Of a stretch of DNA of 64,000 nt, positions 34,264-45,126 are shown piece after piece. Made by a program: the position numbers and the translations under genes. The notes beneath the pieces were generated by a model. The model saw only the letters and a list, made by a program, of their open reading frames with translations. It had not been told where the DNA came from and did not search any database. Location: assembly GCA_964019335.1 (NCBI GenBank), contig OZ025686.1, forward strand, positions 496,001 to 560,000, read 5' to 3'. The first letter of the stretch is position 1. Each line of letters begins with the position of its first letter. Origin of the DNA: Diplonema japonicum (lineage: Eukaryota > Protista > Euglenozoa: Diplonemea).

Positions 34264-37200
34264 ATGAAGACACTAACAGCAGCACTAATAGTCATTTGGC
34301 TCTTCCAGGGCCTTGACGCGCAGCCCTCAGTGACAGGTATTAGCAGTGGCTCGTGTAGCGGTACGAGCCCTGCCCTTACCGGTTGCAGCTGCAACCCCAC
34401 TATAACTGTACTAGGGCTTTTCTCCACAACGCCTGGTGTCGTGAGCGTTGGTTTCACACCATCTATGGGGGCTGGTGGGATGCTGGCATGCACTCCGATG
34501 GTCTCAGCAGGAGGCACGCAAGTCGTCTGTCCCATAGTCACGACAGGCATTCCCACAGGAGTGTGGCAGATCACCGTTTTCGAGACCGTCGGTGCCGTGA
34601 CCACCCCTAACACAGGCATCACAGTGAGCGTTTCTTTTGATGCTGCTATAGTCACGTCAGTGTCGACGCCTGCCTGTAACCTTGACCTAACTGGCTGCCT
34701 GCCATCTGTCGCCGCCGACCTTCTCACCATCACAGGCGAGAACTTCAACGTAAACTGCTTGGGAGGCCCGCCCGTGGTGAGTTTCAATCCAGCGGGACCT
34801 GTATGTACAAATGTCGTTGTGCTGTCTTCTACTAGTATCTCGTGCGATCTGACGAAGACTCCCGGTCCCGACACAGGGAGCGCTACCACCCACTCCGTCA
34901 TCGTGGATAACGGCATCGGTGTGAGCACGGCTTTGCCAGCAGCCACTCTGCGATACGACTTGCCAGTCGTGACCTCTCTCTCTGCACCGTTGTGCATCAG
35001 TGGGATCCCTACAGCTCTGTCTGGGTGTTCAACAAACAACAACGGCGGTGGTAAAGCTGGAGTCTCCGCACCTGGCCCTGCCCTCCTAAACACGGCAGGT
35101 TCAATGCTACAGATCACAGGTTCTAACTTCAACTTCGCGCGCGGGATGCCTGCCACGTCGCCCTACGCTTCGGTCATCATCCAAAACAGCGCTGGTGTTG
35201 CAATCCCGTGCCAGCCAATCATGACGACAGTTACCAGAACAGGCCTCACGTGCAGCCTCCAGGTTCCAGACAGTCCTGCACTCTCACCCGACACTTACAC
35301 GGTACGGGTCGGCAACGGAGTCGGTGGCAGCATCCTCAACACCTTGACGATGACATGGGGTGGTGCTACTCTGAGTGGGCTGTCAAGTGCCATCTGCCCA
35401 ACAGGCACAGACGGCCTCAACAGGGTGTGCCAGGACCTTTCCACTGCAGGAGTGGCACTTACTATTGCAGGGGCGAACTTCGCAAAAGGCTACGACTCGT
35501 GCAGCATTCCACTCACCTATCCTCCGTGCACCGTGCCTGAAGTAACGTTCATTTCACAAAGCGGCAACCAAGTAGTGCCTGTGTGTGAGCCTGGGGTTAC
35601 AGCTTCAGTTTCAGCCACGGCAGTGACGTGTTTCCTGCAGCAAGGCGGACCAGCGAACGACCAACCGCCGGGGGGCCTTTACCAAGTGCAGGTTGTGCAG
35701 AACGGTGTTACGAGCAACGTGGGCACTCTCACCTTCCCTCTCAGCCCTGTAATATCATCCATCCAGCCATGCGGGTCGCAGGCTACACCCTGTTCCAATG
35801 GCGACGTGATCACCATCACTGGAAACTTCTTCGCAACGCCGTCAGGAAATACAGTGAGTTTCGCGGGGTCGGGTGTACCTCCTAACTGTGCAACGCTGAC
35901 TGCAGTGTCGGCTACAACCCTCACGTGTGTTGTAAATGCGCCTGTTGGGTCCACTGGTGCATGGCGGACGTCAGTTGCTGTGACTGGACAAGCAGCTGCT
36001 TGCGTGGACCCTCAGATGTGCATGGTGTACGTCATACAAGACCCACCCGTCGTCACCAGCGTGTCGTCTCCAGCATGTGCGCTCCAGTCAGCTGGTCCGC
36101 CGGTTGTGTTGGACAGCTGTTCGCAAGGGCTTGTGACTATAACCGGTAGAAACTTCTACCCTACAGATGCCACCATGAATAACGTAGTGTTCACTTCGAC
36201 GGGTGGTAGTGGTCCCGCACCGGTATGCAGCGTCATTCAAGTATCCTCTGGTGGGGATCAAATCATTTGCGATCTGGATGTTAACACCGCAACAACAGGC
36301 CCGTGGGGCTTGCAGGTGGATGTGAATGGTGCCTCGTCTGCTGCCCCCCCACAAGCACCCGTCCTCATTGTCACGTCTGGGAACAGAAATCCCACCTACA
36401 CCCCGGGCAGTACAGTTATGGTTTGTGAGGACTCAGGCTCTATGATACAGCAGGCGTGGTTGACCAACATCGATGACGGGAACCAAGGGACTCAAGGCCT
36501 GCGATGCGAGATCACTCAAGCGGTCAACAGCTCCGCTGTTGGGACGCCGCCTTCTCCGATCTGCGTGATCAACCAGCTCACGAAAACAGCTGACCTGTAC
36601 ATCACACCCGGTCCTGATGTGTATGGTACCTTTTACTACAACGTACGTCTCATAGACGACGGTACCACTGGGCCCTGCTCACCCGCCCCGTGTACACCCT
36701 GCAACCCAGCAGCAACGTGCGAGGCGTCAACAATCACTACATTTTCCATCATAGTGCTTCCTGTCAACGACCCCCCTAGCTTTGTCTGTGGTGGCGGCAT
36801 CTCAGTAGCAGAGGACCAAGGCAGACAGGTGCGACCGGGATTCTTCACTAACGTCACTCCTGGCGGGATTGAAGAAACCCAGCAGATCATCACGTGGCAA
36901 GTGACCACAACAAACGATGGACTGTTCTCGCTGCCGCCTGCTGTCACGTACTCCACTGTGAACAGTGCTGCCAACACTGCAGGGTTGGAATTCTCTGTAA
37001 AAAGCAACGCATGCGGCTCGGCGGTGGTGACTGTGATCGCAGTGGACAACAACAATAACCAGAATGCGATCTTCTCGAACGACATCGCGCTGACACCCTA
37101 CGAGCGCACAAGGGGCACTACCTACGTGAAAGACGGACAAGTCGTGAACACCTGCACTCACTTCACCACGTCGCAGTCCTGCAGCTTTACTATCTCTGTG

Positions 37201-40200
37201 TCGTGTCAGAATGATGCCCCCACCTTCCTGATGGGCCCCTCACCAGTCACCATGCAGGAAGACGATCTAAAGGGTTTTCAGTACACAACATGGGCGCGAA
37301 ACTCATCTGGTGGTGCTGGTGAGAACACGCCTCAATCCGAGCTGAGCTACAATGTATTTCTGGTGGATCCCTTCCACAAAGACTTATTCACTGTGCAACC
37401 ACACATCACGCAAACTGGTGACCTAAAGTTCAAAGCTGCACCCAATGCCCACACAGTGAACAAGAGGGTTCTAGCTGCCGTGCAGCTCCAAGATTCTTCT
37501 GGCGGCTTCTCGTGCGACGTGTTCGTGGTGTGCCCAATGCCCACATGCTGCCCGGAGTTCGAGATCATCATCACTCCTGTCAATGACCCTCCAACTTTCT
37601 CGTCTGGAGGCGACATTCAGGTGTACGAGGACGGTGGTCGCAGTGTGACACAAAACTGGGCCACTGAGATCAGTGTCGGCCCTGAGAACGAAGGGACGTC
37701 GAGTATCACCTTTGAGCAGCAGGTGTCGACATTTGTGTTTGAAGCAACCGACCAGTCGCTGTTTTCCGTGCAGCCGCAGCTGATACAGACGTGTGGCGCT
37801 GTGGACCAGCGGGGCACCATCTGCGTAGGCACGCTCACTTTCACGCCTGTTGCCAACCGTTCGGGCACCACAACTGTGAAGGTTACACAAAAGGACACAG
37901 GCAGGTCTCTTGCAAGAGACGGCTCTACACCGGTGCCTGGAGCTGATGGAAGCAACGAGAACCTCCCCTCCTGGTTCACGATAGTTGTGCATGCCATCAA
38001 CGACGCCCCGTACTTCGCCCCTCTACCTTCTCCCCTCATCGTTGATGAAGACTCGGATGAGTATTTTGTGCAGAACTGGATCCCCAGCGTCTCCCCGGGG
38101 CCTGCCGACGAAGCTGGACAGTTCTTAAGCTTCAGTACCACCACAAGCAATCCAGGGCTCTTCGAAGTTGCGCCTATCGTGAAGATGAGTTCGCAGAGCA
38201 CTGCTTCACTGAGATTCAAACTAAAGCCGCAGGCTGTTGGCACTGCGACAGTGACTGTGACGCTCACAGATGATGGAGGTACCCTGAATGGAGGGGTGAA
38301 CCAGATGAGAAGAGAGTTCGTTATTGTAGTTAATGCAGTCAACGATGCTCCGTCGTTCACCAGCGGCCCGAGCATCACCATACTGGAGGACAGTGCACTG
38401 CGTGGTTTCACTTTTCCTTCGTGGGCCACGGCCATCTCGGCAGGTGGTGGAGGGAATGAAATTGGGCAGGTTCTTGAGTTCAACCTCGTTGCAAGCGGCG
38501 GCACTGCACTGTTTAGCAACCCGCCTGAGATCAACGCGTTGGGTGCTTTGTCCTTCTCAACGACAAAAGATGGCTTTGGTGTATCATCGGTGTCTGTGAG
38601 CCTTTCTGACAATGGAGCCCCCCCGCAGACTGTTATGGGCAGCCCCTTCAGCATCACTGTCACACCGGTCAACGACGCTCCAACCTTCACACCTGGCCCT
38701 GACATTACCGTTGCTGAGTGTGTGAATCCTAACCCTGACGAGCCGTGCCCTTCCGCATGGGCCAACTGGGCACAAAATATTTCGCCAGGTCCCAGCAACG
38801 AGGCCGCGCAGTCTGTGTGGTTTGAAGTGGACACCATCACGCCAGAAGTGTTCGCTGTGATGCCAACTATTGACAACCAGACCGGTACCCTTGTTTTCTC
38901 CTTGAAGCCCCGGATGAATAAGGACTCTGTAATCCAGTTGAACGTGAGATTGAAGGACAACGGGGGAACGCAGGATGGTGGAGTCGACACAACCACGCAC
39001 ACACTGCTGCTGCTAGTGAATCCAGTGAACTCGCCACCGTACTTCAAGACAGGTGCATCCCTCGTCATCAAGGAGGACACACCCAGGTCTTTTGTCAGCG
39101 GATGGGCACAGAACATTTCAGCAGGCGGCCCTGACGAGGTGGGGCAAGCGCTCACATTCACGATCGAGACGACACCAAATAACGCTTTTGTGCAGGGCAG
39201 CCCGTCTATAAACCCTTTCTCGGGGGATCTCATGTACGAGGTAGCACCGGACTTCAATGGGCTGGTTACTGTGCTCATAAGTCTCACAGACGGTGAGATG
39301 ACTTATAAGCAAGCGTCTATCTGGGAAGTGTTGCCTGTGAATGACCCACCTTACCTTAAGCAGAACGGGGTAAGTAGTTTAACAGTACTGGAGAACGAAG
39401 GCTTTCAAACAAGACGATGGGCACCTCCTGACGCTGGGTCCGCAGGTCCGCCTGACGAAGAGGCCGTGCAGATGTGGTGGTACACAACTACAACTGACAA
39501 TCCTGAATTGTTTGATGTGCAGCCAACTGTCCACAAGAATGGCAGCATGACCTTCCAAGTAAAGGACAACCTCTCCGGTGTGACTAGGGTGTGGGTGCAA
39601 CTGGAGGACAACGGAGGTGGCCTTACTGACAAGTCTCCTCAGTACGAAGTGACATTTACCATCACACCTGTAAATTCACCACCTTCATTTGTCCCTGGCA
39701 GTGATGTGACTGTGTGGGAGGACTACGGCACTGTTGTTATTCTGTCATGGGCAAAGGCTATTGTCCCCGGACCTGGCGATGAGTTGCTATCTCAGACAGC
39801 AAGCTTCCGTGTATCAGCAAGCAAGCCCTTCCTTTTTGAGTTCCTACCGACCATAAATCGAGCGGGTGACCTGAACTTCACCACAGGCCAGGACCAGTAC
39901 GGCGAGACAGACGTGACAATCATTCTCGAGGACTCCGAGGGCTCTTCTGCGACACCTGTCATCTTCAAGATCCGCATAGAAGCCGTGAATGACCCCCCGA
40001 CATTTATCTCAGGTCCTGTTGTTCGGCTTTCTGAGGATGACCAAACGCAGCGATTCCCTGGGTGGGCAACCCAGGTTGCTCCAGGTCCTGAAAACGAGCT
40101 TTTGCAGACACTCAGTTTCACAGTCACCACCGACAACCCTTCGCTGTTCGAGAGAGAGCCTTCAGTGCTTGGCGGAAGCGGTGACCTCGAGTGGAAGCTT

Positions 40201-43191
40201 GCGCCAGACCAATACGGCATCGCAGTGGGGGAGGTGTGTCTTGGAGACTCAGGTGGTGTGGCTGTTCCAGGAAGAGACCAGAACAAAACCTGCCGTGGCA
40301 TCAGATTCGAGGTGACTAGCGTCAATGACCCGCCGAGGTTCTCGCCCAACGCGGAAATACAAGTTTTGGAGGACTCGGGTGCTGCCGTCATGCGCGGCTG
40401 GGGAAAGGCTATCATGCCTGGCCCTGAAAATGAAAACGAGCAGACTCTTAAAGTACTGAGTATCAAGCTCACATCGTCACAGAGCGCGTTACTGGACCTC
40501 CCTGTACTTAATAGCATAACTGGTGATCTCACCTTCTCCACTAAACCCGATGCCAGCGGAACTGCACTGTTCGAGATACGCATCGAGGACTCGGAAGGTG
40601 CCCTTACGGTAGCAAATTTCCAGATCACAGTGCTACCAGTGAACGACCCCCCTGTGTTCACTGCCTCAGCTGTGGTCACGGTGCAGGAGACTTCAGGTGG
40701 TGTCAGCTACAACGAGGTGTGGGCTCGAAACATCAGACCCGGGCCTACTGATGAGATGGGTCAGGCTCTTGCATTCCTAGTAGAAGAAGTTGAAGGGACT
40801 CAACTGTTGGAAAACTTTGCTATAACACCAGAAGGTGTGCTCTCGTTCACGCCTGTGGCGTACGCCTATGGTGTGGCGCACTACTATATCACCCTGCGGG
40901 ACGACGGTGGGAGGGAGAACAACGGCATTGACAGGGCAGAGAGATTCTACCTCACTATAAACATTGAAGCTGTAAACAACCCACCTTCCGTGACGGCCAC
41001 ACTGTCCATTGAGATCCCTGAGGACAGCCCCAGGCAGGTTGTGAACCAATGGGGCACTAATCTTGCTGCCGGTCCACACCCAAACGAAGCCAACCAAGCC
41101 GTAGGCGTCAGGGTGGAGGCGGAGCCTGTGCTGTACAGGGAAGGTTCTGTGGTGACAGCCGACATCTGGGCTGAACGGCCTTGGTTCGAGGTGGTCAATA
41201 GCACGAAAGAGGTGACGTTGTATTTTCATGTTAAGGAGAATATTTATGGTGACATCCAATTCCCATTTGTGGTTTACGACAGTGGCGGGGCCGCCTCGGA
41301 GGTACAGACAATGGTTATAAAAGTGCTTGCTCGGAACGATCCCCCTGTCCTGTTGCACACGGAGGTAATAGAGACCACCGAAGACGCTGGCCCTGTCGTG
41401 GTGCCATTCATAACCAAACTAACACCCGGTGTGGGCGAGGAAGAGATGCAAGAGACGACTGTCAGTGTCGAGCTTGTAAACCCAGAAGTGGGAGATATCC
41501 TGTTTAGTTCTCTCCCTGTCTTGTCGGGGAGCGACCTCCTCTTTACTACTAAAAGAGACAAACACGGCACTGCAGAGGTGCGCATTACAGTGAGGGATTC
41601 CTGGACACCATCACCAGCTGTTACTACAGGCATCGCAACTATCAAGGTCATGCCTGTTAATGACAAGCCGTGCTTCACGGTTGGTGCTCCCGTCTCTGTT
41701 GTGCAGGGAGGGGAACAAACTATTATATCTGCATGGGCTACTAACCCTTGCTTAGGACCAGCAGATGAGGCACTCACGCAAACCTTGAGCTACTCGGTCC
41801 TGGTCAATGATACTATAAAAGCGCAAAGTTATTTTTTGGCAGAACCCACCATCGCGTACCCCAGCGGGGACCTGCAGTTCAGTCTAAACCCTAATGTTGT
41901 TGTACCGCAAGCCGTCTCGTTGGTAATGCCCGTCTACGCGCAGGACACAGGCGGTGTGGAGTACGGGGGTGTAGACAGGTCGGACATGCAGCTGCTGGTC
42001 GTCATCATCAATCCTATTGTGACTGGTCCGCAGTTCACAGCGATCGACACAGTGATCGAGGTGACCACTGCTGTCCCTGGCTACAGTAAGCAGTGGGTCA
42101 GCAGCATGACGAATGTGCTGTCATACGGTGTTGCTGTCGACAACCCTAGCATGTTCGTGCCTAGTAAACTGCCCGTGTTAAGCTATCCCGATGGTGTCCT
42201 GAGCTTCACCACCACTGGACAGCCCGGGGAAGTAAGTGTACTTATTACACCTTATGGTACAGGAGGCATTGAGGGCACGCCTGTGCGGCTGACAATCAGA
42301 GTTGTCGGCGAGGGAAAGATTGTCTTCACGGTGACATCTGGGGCGAAGCTGGACCCTGCACGATTCAAGGTCGTGCTGTCGTCGCTTCTGCCCTCGTCGA
42401 CGGACCCAGAGGGGGACATCACCATCCTGGAGCAGAGCAATGCTCAACCCTACAATCTACGCTTTACCCTACGCAACAAGGTCCTGGAACAAGAGTTCAT
42501 CGCGATGATGAAAACAGAGAACGGTAGAAACAGCCTTAGAGTGCTGCTGGGCATCACGAATACTGCGTGGGCAGACCCCTCGACTCCAGGCACGCCAACG
42601 AACACGACGCCGCCACTGCAGAGCTCCTCAGGCGGTAGTGGGATGTCATCTGGAGAGGTGGCGAGCATTGTGGTTCCTGTGTTGGTGGTTGTTGGCATCC
42701 TCGTTGCCCTTGGGTGGGTCCTTGCCAGGAGGATGAGGAACAAAGCCAAGAGTGACGCGGAGCAGGCAGAACATGACACATATGGTGAGCAGACTGTGGT
42801 GCACACGCATCCTAAGCTTGCTGCACCGCCTACGCCGCATTTGCCGTATCCACTAGTAAAGGCGAATCCCTTGGATGATTTGGATTTATATGCCAACGAG
42901 AAAAGCAAATCGGTCTCAAGTAATGAAGTACTGCCCGCAGGGACAGTGGTAGGCTTGGTGGTCGCAGATGTCGTTAGCAGTATGTTACCTGAGAAGGAAA
43001 ACCCCTTGCTGGTGGACGACTCAGGCACTGCCGAAAGAGAGGGGGACAATACTCCAAACGTGGAAACGGGGCAAGACGAACACACCGAAGAGAGCGAAGC
43101 GGAGATCCATGTATTTGAAGATGATGAGGCCGAGGAAGAAGTGGTTATCACCGACGAAGACGTGCCTGAAGAGGAAATAGTGATACAGTAG
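34264..43191 (+). CDS. Giant type I membrane adhesin-like protein (2975 aa): IPT/TIG-like N-terminal domains plus ~16 cadherin-like/bacterial Ig repeats
   Basis: Signal peptide; recurrent ITITG-NF motifs; 15 (V/I)N(D/S/N)xP linkers about 115 aa apart; TM VASIVVPVLVVVGILVALGWVLA-RR; acidic tail. Confidence 0.9.
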   Translation: MKTLTAALIVIWLFQGLDAQPSVTGISSGSCSGTSPALTGCSCNPTITVLGLFSTTPGVVSVGFTPSMGAGGMLACTPMVSAGGTQVVCPIVTTGIPTGVWQITVFETVGAVTTPNTGITVSVSFDAAIVTSVSTPACNLDLTGCLPSVAADLLTITGENFNVNCLGGPPVVSFNPAGPVCTNVVVLSSTSISCDLTKTPGPDTGSATTHSVIVDNGIGVSTALPAATLRYDLPVVTSLSAPLCISGIPTALSGCSTNNNGGGKAGVSAPGPALLNTAGSMLQITGSNFNFARGMPATSPYASVIIQNSAGVAIPCQPIMTTVTRTGLTCSLQVPDSPALSPDTYTVRVGNGVGGSILNTLTMTWGGATLSGLSSAICPTGTDGLNRVCQDLSTAGVALTIAGANFAKGYDSCSIPLTYPPCTVPEVTFISQSGNQVVPVCEPGVTASVSATAVTCFLQQGGPANDQPPGGLYQVQVVQNGVTSNVGTLTFPLSPVISSIQPCGSQATPCSNGDVITITGNFFATPSGNTVSFAGSGVPPNCATLTAVSATTLTCVVNAPVGSTGAWRTSVAVTGQAAACVDPQMCMVYVIQDPPVVTSVSSPACALQSAGPPVVLDSCSQGLVTITGRNFYPTDATMNNVVFTSTGGSGPAPVCSVIQVSSGGDQIICDLDVNTATTGPWGLQVDVNGASSAAPPQAPVLIVTSGNRNPTYTPGSTVMVCEDSGSMIQQAWLTNIDDGNQGTQGLRCEITQAVNSSAVGTPPSPICVINQLTKTADLYITPGPDVYGTFYYNVRLIDDGTTGPCSPAPCTPCNPAATCEASTITTFSIIVLPVNDPPSFVCGGGISVAEDQGRQVRPGFFTNVTPGGIEETQQIITWQVTTTNDGLFSLPPAVTYSTVNSAANTAGLEFSVKSNACGSAVVTVIAVDNNNNQNAIFSNDIALTPYERTRGTTYVKDGQVVNTCTHFTTSQSCSFTISVSCQNDAPTFLMGPSPVTMQEDDLKGFQYTTWARNSSGGAGENTPQSELSYNVFLVDPFHKDLFTVQPHITQTGDLKFKAAPNAHTVNKRVLAAVQLQDSSGGFSCDVFVVCPMPTCCPEFEIIITPVNDPPTFSSGGDIQVYEDGGRSVTQNWATEISVGPENEGTSSITFEQQVSTFVFEATDQSLFSVQPQLIQTCGAVDQRGTICVGTLTFTPVANRSGTTTVKVTQKDTGRSLARDGSTPVPGADGSNENLPSWFTIVVHAINDAPYFAPLPSPLIVDEDSDEYFVQNWIPSVSPGPADEAGQFLSFSTTTSNPGLFEVAPIVKMSSQSTASLRFKLKPQAVGTATVTVTLTDDGGTLNGGVNQMRREFVIVVNAVNDAPSFTSGPSITILEDSALRGFTFPSWATAISAGGGGNEIGQVLEFNLVASGGTALFSNPPEINALGALSFSTTKDGFGVSSVSVSLSDNGAPPQTVMGSPFSITVTPVNDAPTFTPGPDITVAECVNPNPDEPCPSAWANWAQNISPGPSNEAAQSVWFEVDTITPEVFAVMPTIDNQTGTLVFSLKPRMNKDSVIQLNVRLKDNGGTQDGGVDTTTHTLLLLVNPVNSPPYFKTGASLVIKEDTPRSFVSGWAQNISAGGPDEVGQALTFTIETTPNNAFVQGSPSINPFSGDLMYEVAPDFNGLVTVLISLTDGEMTYKQASIWEVLPVNDPPYLKQNGVSSLTVLENEGFQTRRWAPPDAGSAGPPDEEAVQMWWYTTTTDNPELFDVQPTVHKNGSMTFQVKDNLSGVTRVWVQLEDNGGGLTDKSPQYEVTFTITPVNSPPSFVPGSDVTVWEDYGTVVILSWAKAIVPGPGDELLSQTASFRVSASKPFLFEFLPTINRAGDLNFTTGQDQYGETDVTIILEDSEGSSATPVIFKIRIEAVNDPPTFISGPVVRLSEDDQTQRFPGWATQVAPGPENELLQTLSFTVTTDNPSLFEREPSVLGGSGDLEWKLAPDQYGIAVGEVCLGDSGGVAVPGRDQNKTCRGIRFEVTSVNDPPRFSPNAEIQVLEDSGAAVMRGWGKAIMPGPENENEQTLKVLSIKLTSSQSALLDLPVLNSITGDLTFSTKPDASGTALFEIRIEDSEGALTVANFQITVLPVNDPPVFTASAVVTVQETSGGVSYNEVWARNIRPGPTDEMGQALAFLVEEVEGTQLLENFAITPEGVLSFTPVAYAYGVAHYYITLRDDGGRENNGIDRAERFYLTINIEAVNNPPSVTATLSIEIPEDSPRQVVNQWGTNLAAGPHPNEANQAVGVRVEAEPVLYREGSVVTADIWAERPWFEVVNSTKEVTLYFHVKENIYGDIQFPFVVYDSGGAASEVQTMVIKVLARNDPPVLLHTEVIETTEDAGPVVVPFITKLTPGVGEEEMQETTVSVELVNPEVGDILFSSLPVLSGSDLLFTTKRDKHGTAEVRITVRDSWTPSPAVTTGIATIKVMPVNDKPCFTVGAPVSVVQGGEQTIISAWATNPCLGPADEALTQTLSYSVLVNDTIKAQSYFLAEPTIAYPSGDLQFSLNPNVVVPQAVSLVMPVYAQDTGGVEYGGVDRSDMQLLVVIINPIVTGPQFTAIDTVIEVTTAVPGYSKQWVSSMTNVLSYGVAVDNPSMFVPSKLPVLSYPDGVLSFTTTGQPGEVSVLITPYGTGGIEGTPVRLTIRVVGEGKIVFTVTSGAKLDPARFKVVLSSLLPSSTDPEGDITILEQSNAQPYNLRFTLRNKVLEQEFIAMMKTENGRNSLRVLLGITNTAWADPSTPGTPTNTTPPLQSSSGGSGMSSGEVASIVVPVLVVVGILVALGWVLARRMRNKAKSDAEQAEHDTYGEQTVVHTHPKLAAPPTPHLPYPLVKANPLDDLDLYANEKSKSVSSNEVLPAGTVVGLVVADVVSSMLPEKENPLLVDDSGTAEREGDNTPNVETGQDEHTEESEAEIHVFEDDEAEEEVVITDEDVPEEEIVIQ

Positions 43192-43293
43192 ATGCTAGAT
43201 ACTCTTGTTGTCAGTTTTAGATTAGATATTTGTTTTAGAGTTGCTTGTTGTCATTCTTTCATTTTACTTGCTTGCATACCATCCAGGCTTAAC

Positions 43294-44916
43294 ATGAGGG
43301 CAACTCTTGCAGGCCTCGCGTTGCTGGCATCAGCATGCGTGGCACAGGATGCGAAATCAGCTGGTGTTGACGAGAAGGTAGCAGCGCTCCAGCACGCCTT
43401 TGATTTGGGTGCTCTTACTCAAAGGGAGTTCAGGGCTGCCGTCTCGAGGGTGAGTGGTTTGAAGAAACACCTTCCTGCTGACCTTGCTAAGCAGCTGCCG
43501 GAGTATGTGGACTCAGGCCTTCTGAACAGGGCCGATGCCATTAGGGACCAGTATGCTAAGGTGCAGCATGTGCCGAGTGATGGCAGGAATAAACTTGCTG
43601 CACTCATGCCGAATGAGGGGAACTCGGTTGCGGTGCTTGTTGCGGACAAACTCGAGCTGCGTACTGGCTCCGACACAGAAATCCTTTTCAGACAAGAGTC
43701 GAACTTCATCTACACTTCTGGCTTCGACCACCCAGGTGCCAAGCTTGTAATCGGGCTTGACCCCTCAAGCACCGTCATCCCGTCTGGCAAAGGATGGCTC
43801 TTCGTGCCTAAGGGGGACCCGGTGTGGGTGGGGAGGACCGAGACCCTTGACGATTACAGGAAGAAGTACGACGTAGATGATGTGTACTGGATCGAAGACT
43901 TCAACAATGTGATGGACCAGTCCGTCCACCCCGATAAGGTGTTCACCTTCGCAAACGTCGATATCTGGGGAGACCATCCGCCCCCATGTGCGGAGACTGC
44001 CGAGCACGACACTACGTCTCTGCGATACTTCCTCGGGTTGGCACGTGTCAGTAAGACCGACAAGGAGATGGAACTGATGCGTGTGGCGTCTTTGATTGCC
44101 GTCGAGGAGCACAAGACCATCATGACACACATCACGTGTGGTATGTGGGAGTCGGACGCAGAGTCGCTGTTCAGGTACGTGGGGCACAACTACGGTGCGC
44201 GCTTCCAATCATACATCCCCATTGTGGGGTCAGGGCCTAACTCCGCAGCACTGCATTATAACGATAACGATCACATTATCGCGCAGGACAGCTGGCTGCT
44301 GGTGGACGCTGCTGCAGAGCTGGGCCCCACGAGGAACGGTGGCGGGTACACGTCGGATATCACAAGGACGTGGCCGTGCTCAGGTGTGTACACACCGCAG
44401 CAGAAGGCCATCTACGATGTGGTGTATGCGGCGCAGAACCAGTGCATTGAACACGCTGTTGTGGGCGGGAGTCTGTCCAAAGCTACTAGCCATTCAGACA
44501 GAGCGCTCGTACAAGGGCTTATCAACATCGGTATCTTGAAGGACGGGACCGTAGATGAAATGATTTCTGCGAGGGTCCAAAAACTCTTCATGCCACACGG
44601 GCTTGGGCACGGGCTGGGCCTTGATGTGCACGATGTCGGGTCCTTGTCCCCTTTCGTCGATGGCAACGTTATCACGTGCGAGCCGGGCATCTATTTCTAC
44701 CCGTCCCTGCTGGATCCTGCCTATGAGAACCCTTCCACCTCGAAGTTCCTCAACAAGCAGCTAATCGAGTCGCAGTACATCCACCTCGGCGGCGTCCGCA
44801 TCGAGGACGTCATCCACATCACAGCCAATGGGCCTGAGAACCTCTCGAAGGACCTCCCGAGGTCCTCAGACGAGATCCAGGCATTCATGTACGCTGCCAG
44901 GGCATCCAGAGTGTGA
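43294..44916 (+). CDS. Xaa-Pro dipeptidase / aminopeptidase P (M24B) with signal peptide
   Basis: FRQESNF, ALHY, DITRTWP, HGLGHGLGLDVHD, EPGIYF, GGVRIED. Hydrophobic leader MRATLAGLALLASACVA. Confidence 0.9.
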   Translation: MRATLAGLALLASACVAQDAKSAGVDEKVAALQHAFDLGALTQREFRAAVSRVSGLKKHLPADLAKQLPEYVDSGLLNRADAIRDQYAKVQHVPSDGRNKLAALMPNEGNSVAVLVADKLELRTGSDTEILFRQESNFIYTSGFDHPGAKLVIGLDPSSTVIPSGKGWLFVPKGDPVWVGRTETLDDYRKKYDVDDVYWIEDFNNVMDQSVHPDKVFTFANVDIWGDHPPPCAETAEHDTTSLRYFLGLARVSKTDKEMELMRVASLIAVEEHKTIMTHITCGMWESDAESLFRYVGHNYGARFQSYIPIVGSGPNSAALHYNDNDHIIAQDSWLLVDAAAELGPTRNGGGYTSDITRTWPCSGVYTPQQKAIYDVVYAAQNQCIEHAVVGGSLSKATSHSDRALVQGLINIGILKDGTVDEMISARVQKLFMPHGLGHGLGLDVHDVGSLSPFVDGNVITCEPGIYFYPSLLDPAYENPSTSKFLNKQLIESQYIHLGGVRIEDVIHITANGPENLSKDLPRSSDEIQAFMYAARASRV

Positions 44917-45126
44917 TACCTTTTATTTGACAAACGTTTAAACAAGTCTCACTCGGGATCACCGGGGCCACACCGCGTGATTGTTATTGAAGCTTCTGGT
45001 TCCGGATCGTGTGTAATATAATTCTTCTGTCTTTGTTTTCCAGAAAACAGTGCTTTGACTATTTGAACATGTGTGCAGGCAAAAAAAAAAAGAAAAGAAA
45101 AAAGAAAAAAAATACACCAGCACATT

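Noticed and set aside
37617-39287. 556-aa antisense ORF, and similar ones at 39792-40679, 53445-54449, 55201-56079, 58770-59642 and 15046-15903
   Set aside because: Shadow frames of codon-biased plus-strand genes, with no recognisable motifs.
43189-43293. TAG of the giant protein followed immediately by an in-frame ATG (read-through or coupled translation)
   Set aside because: The intervening 102 nt is T-rich spacer ending in a CAG acceptor, and a clear signal peptide starts at 43294.
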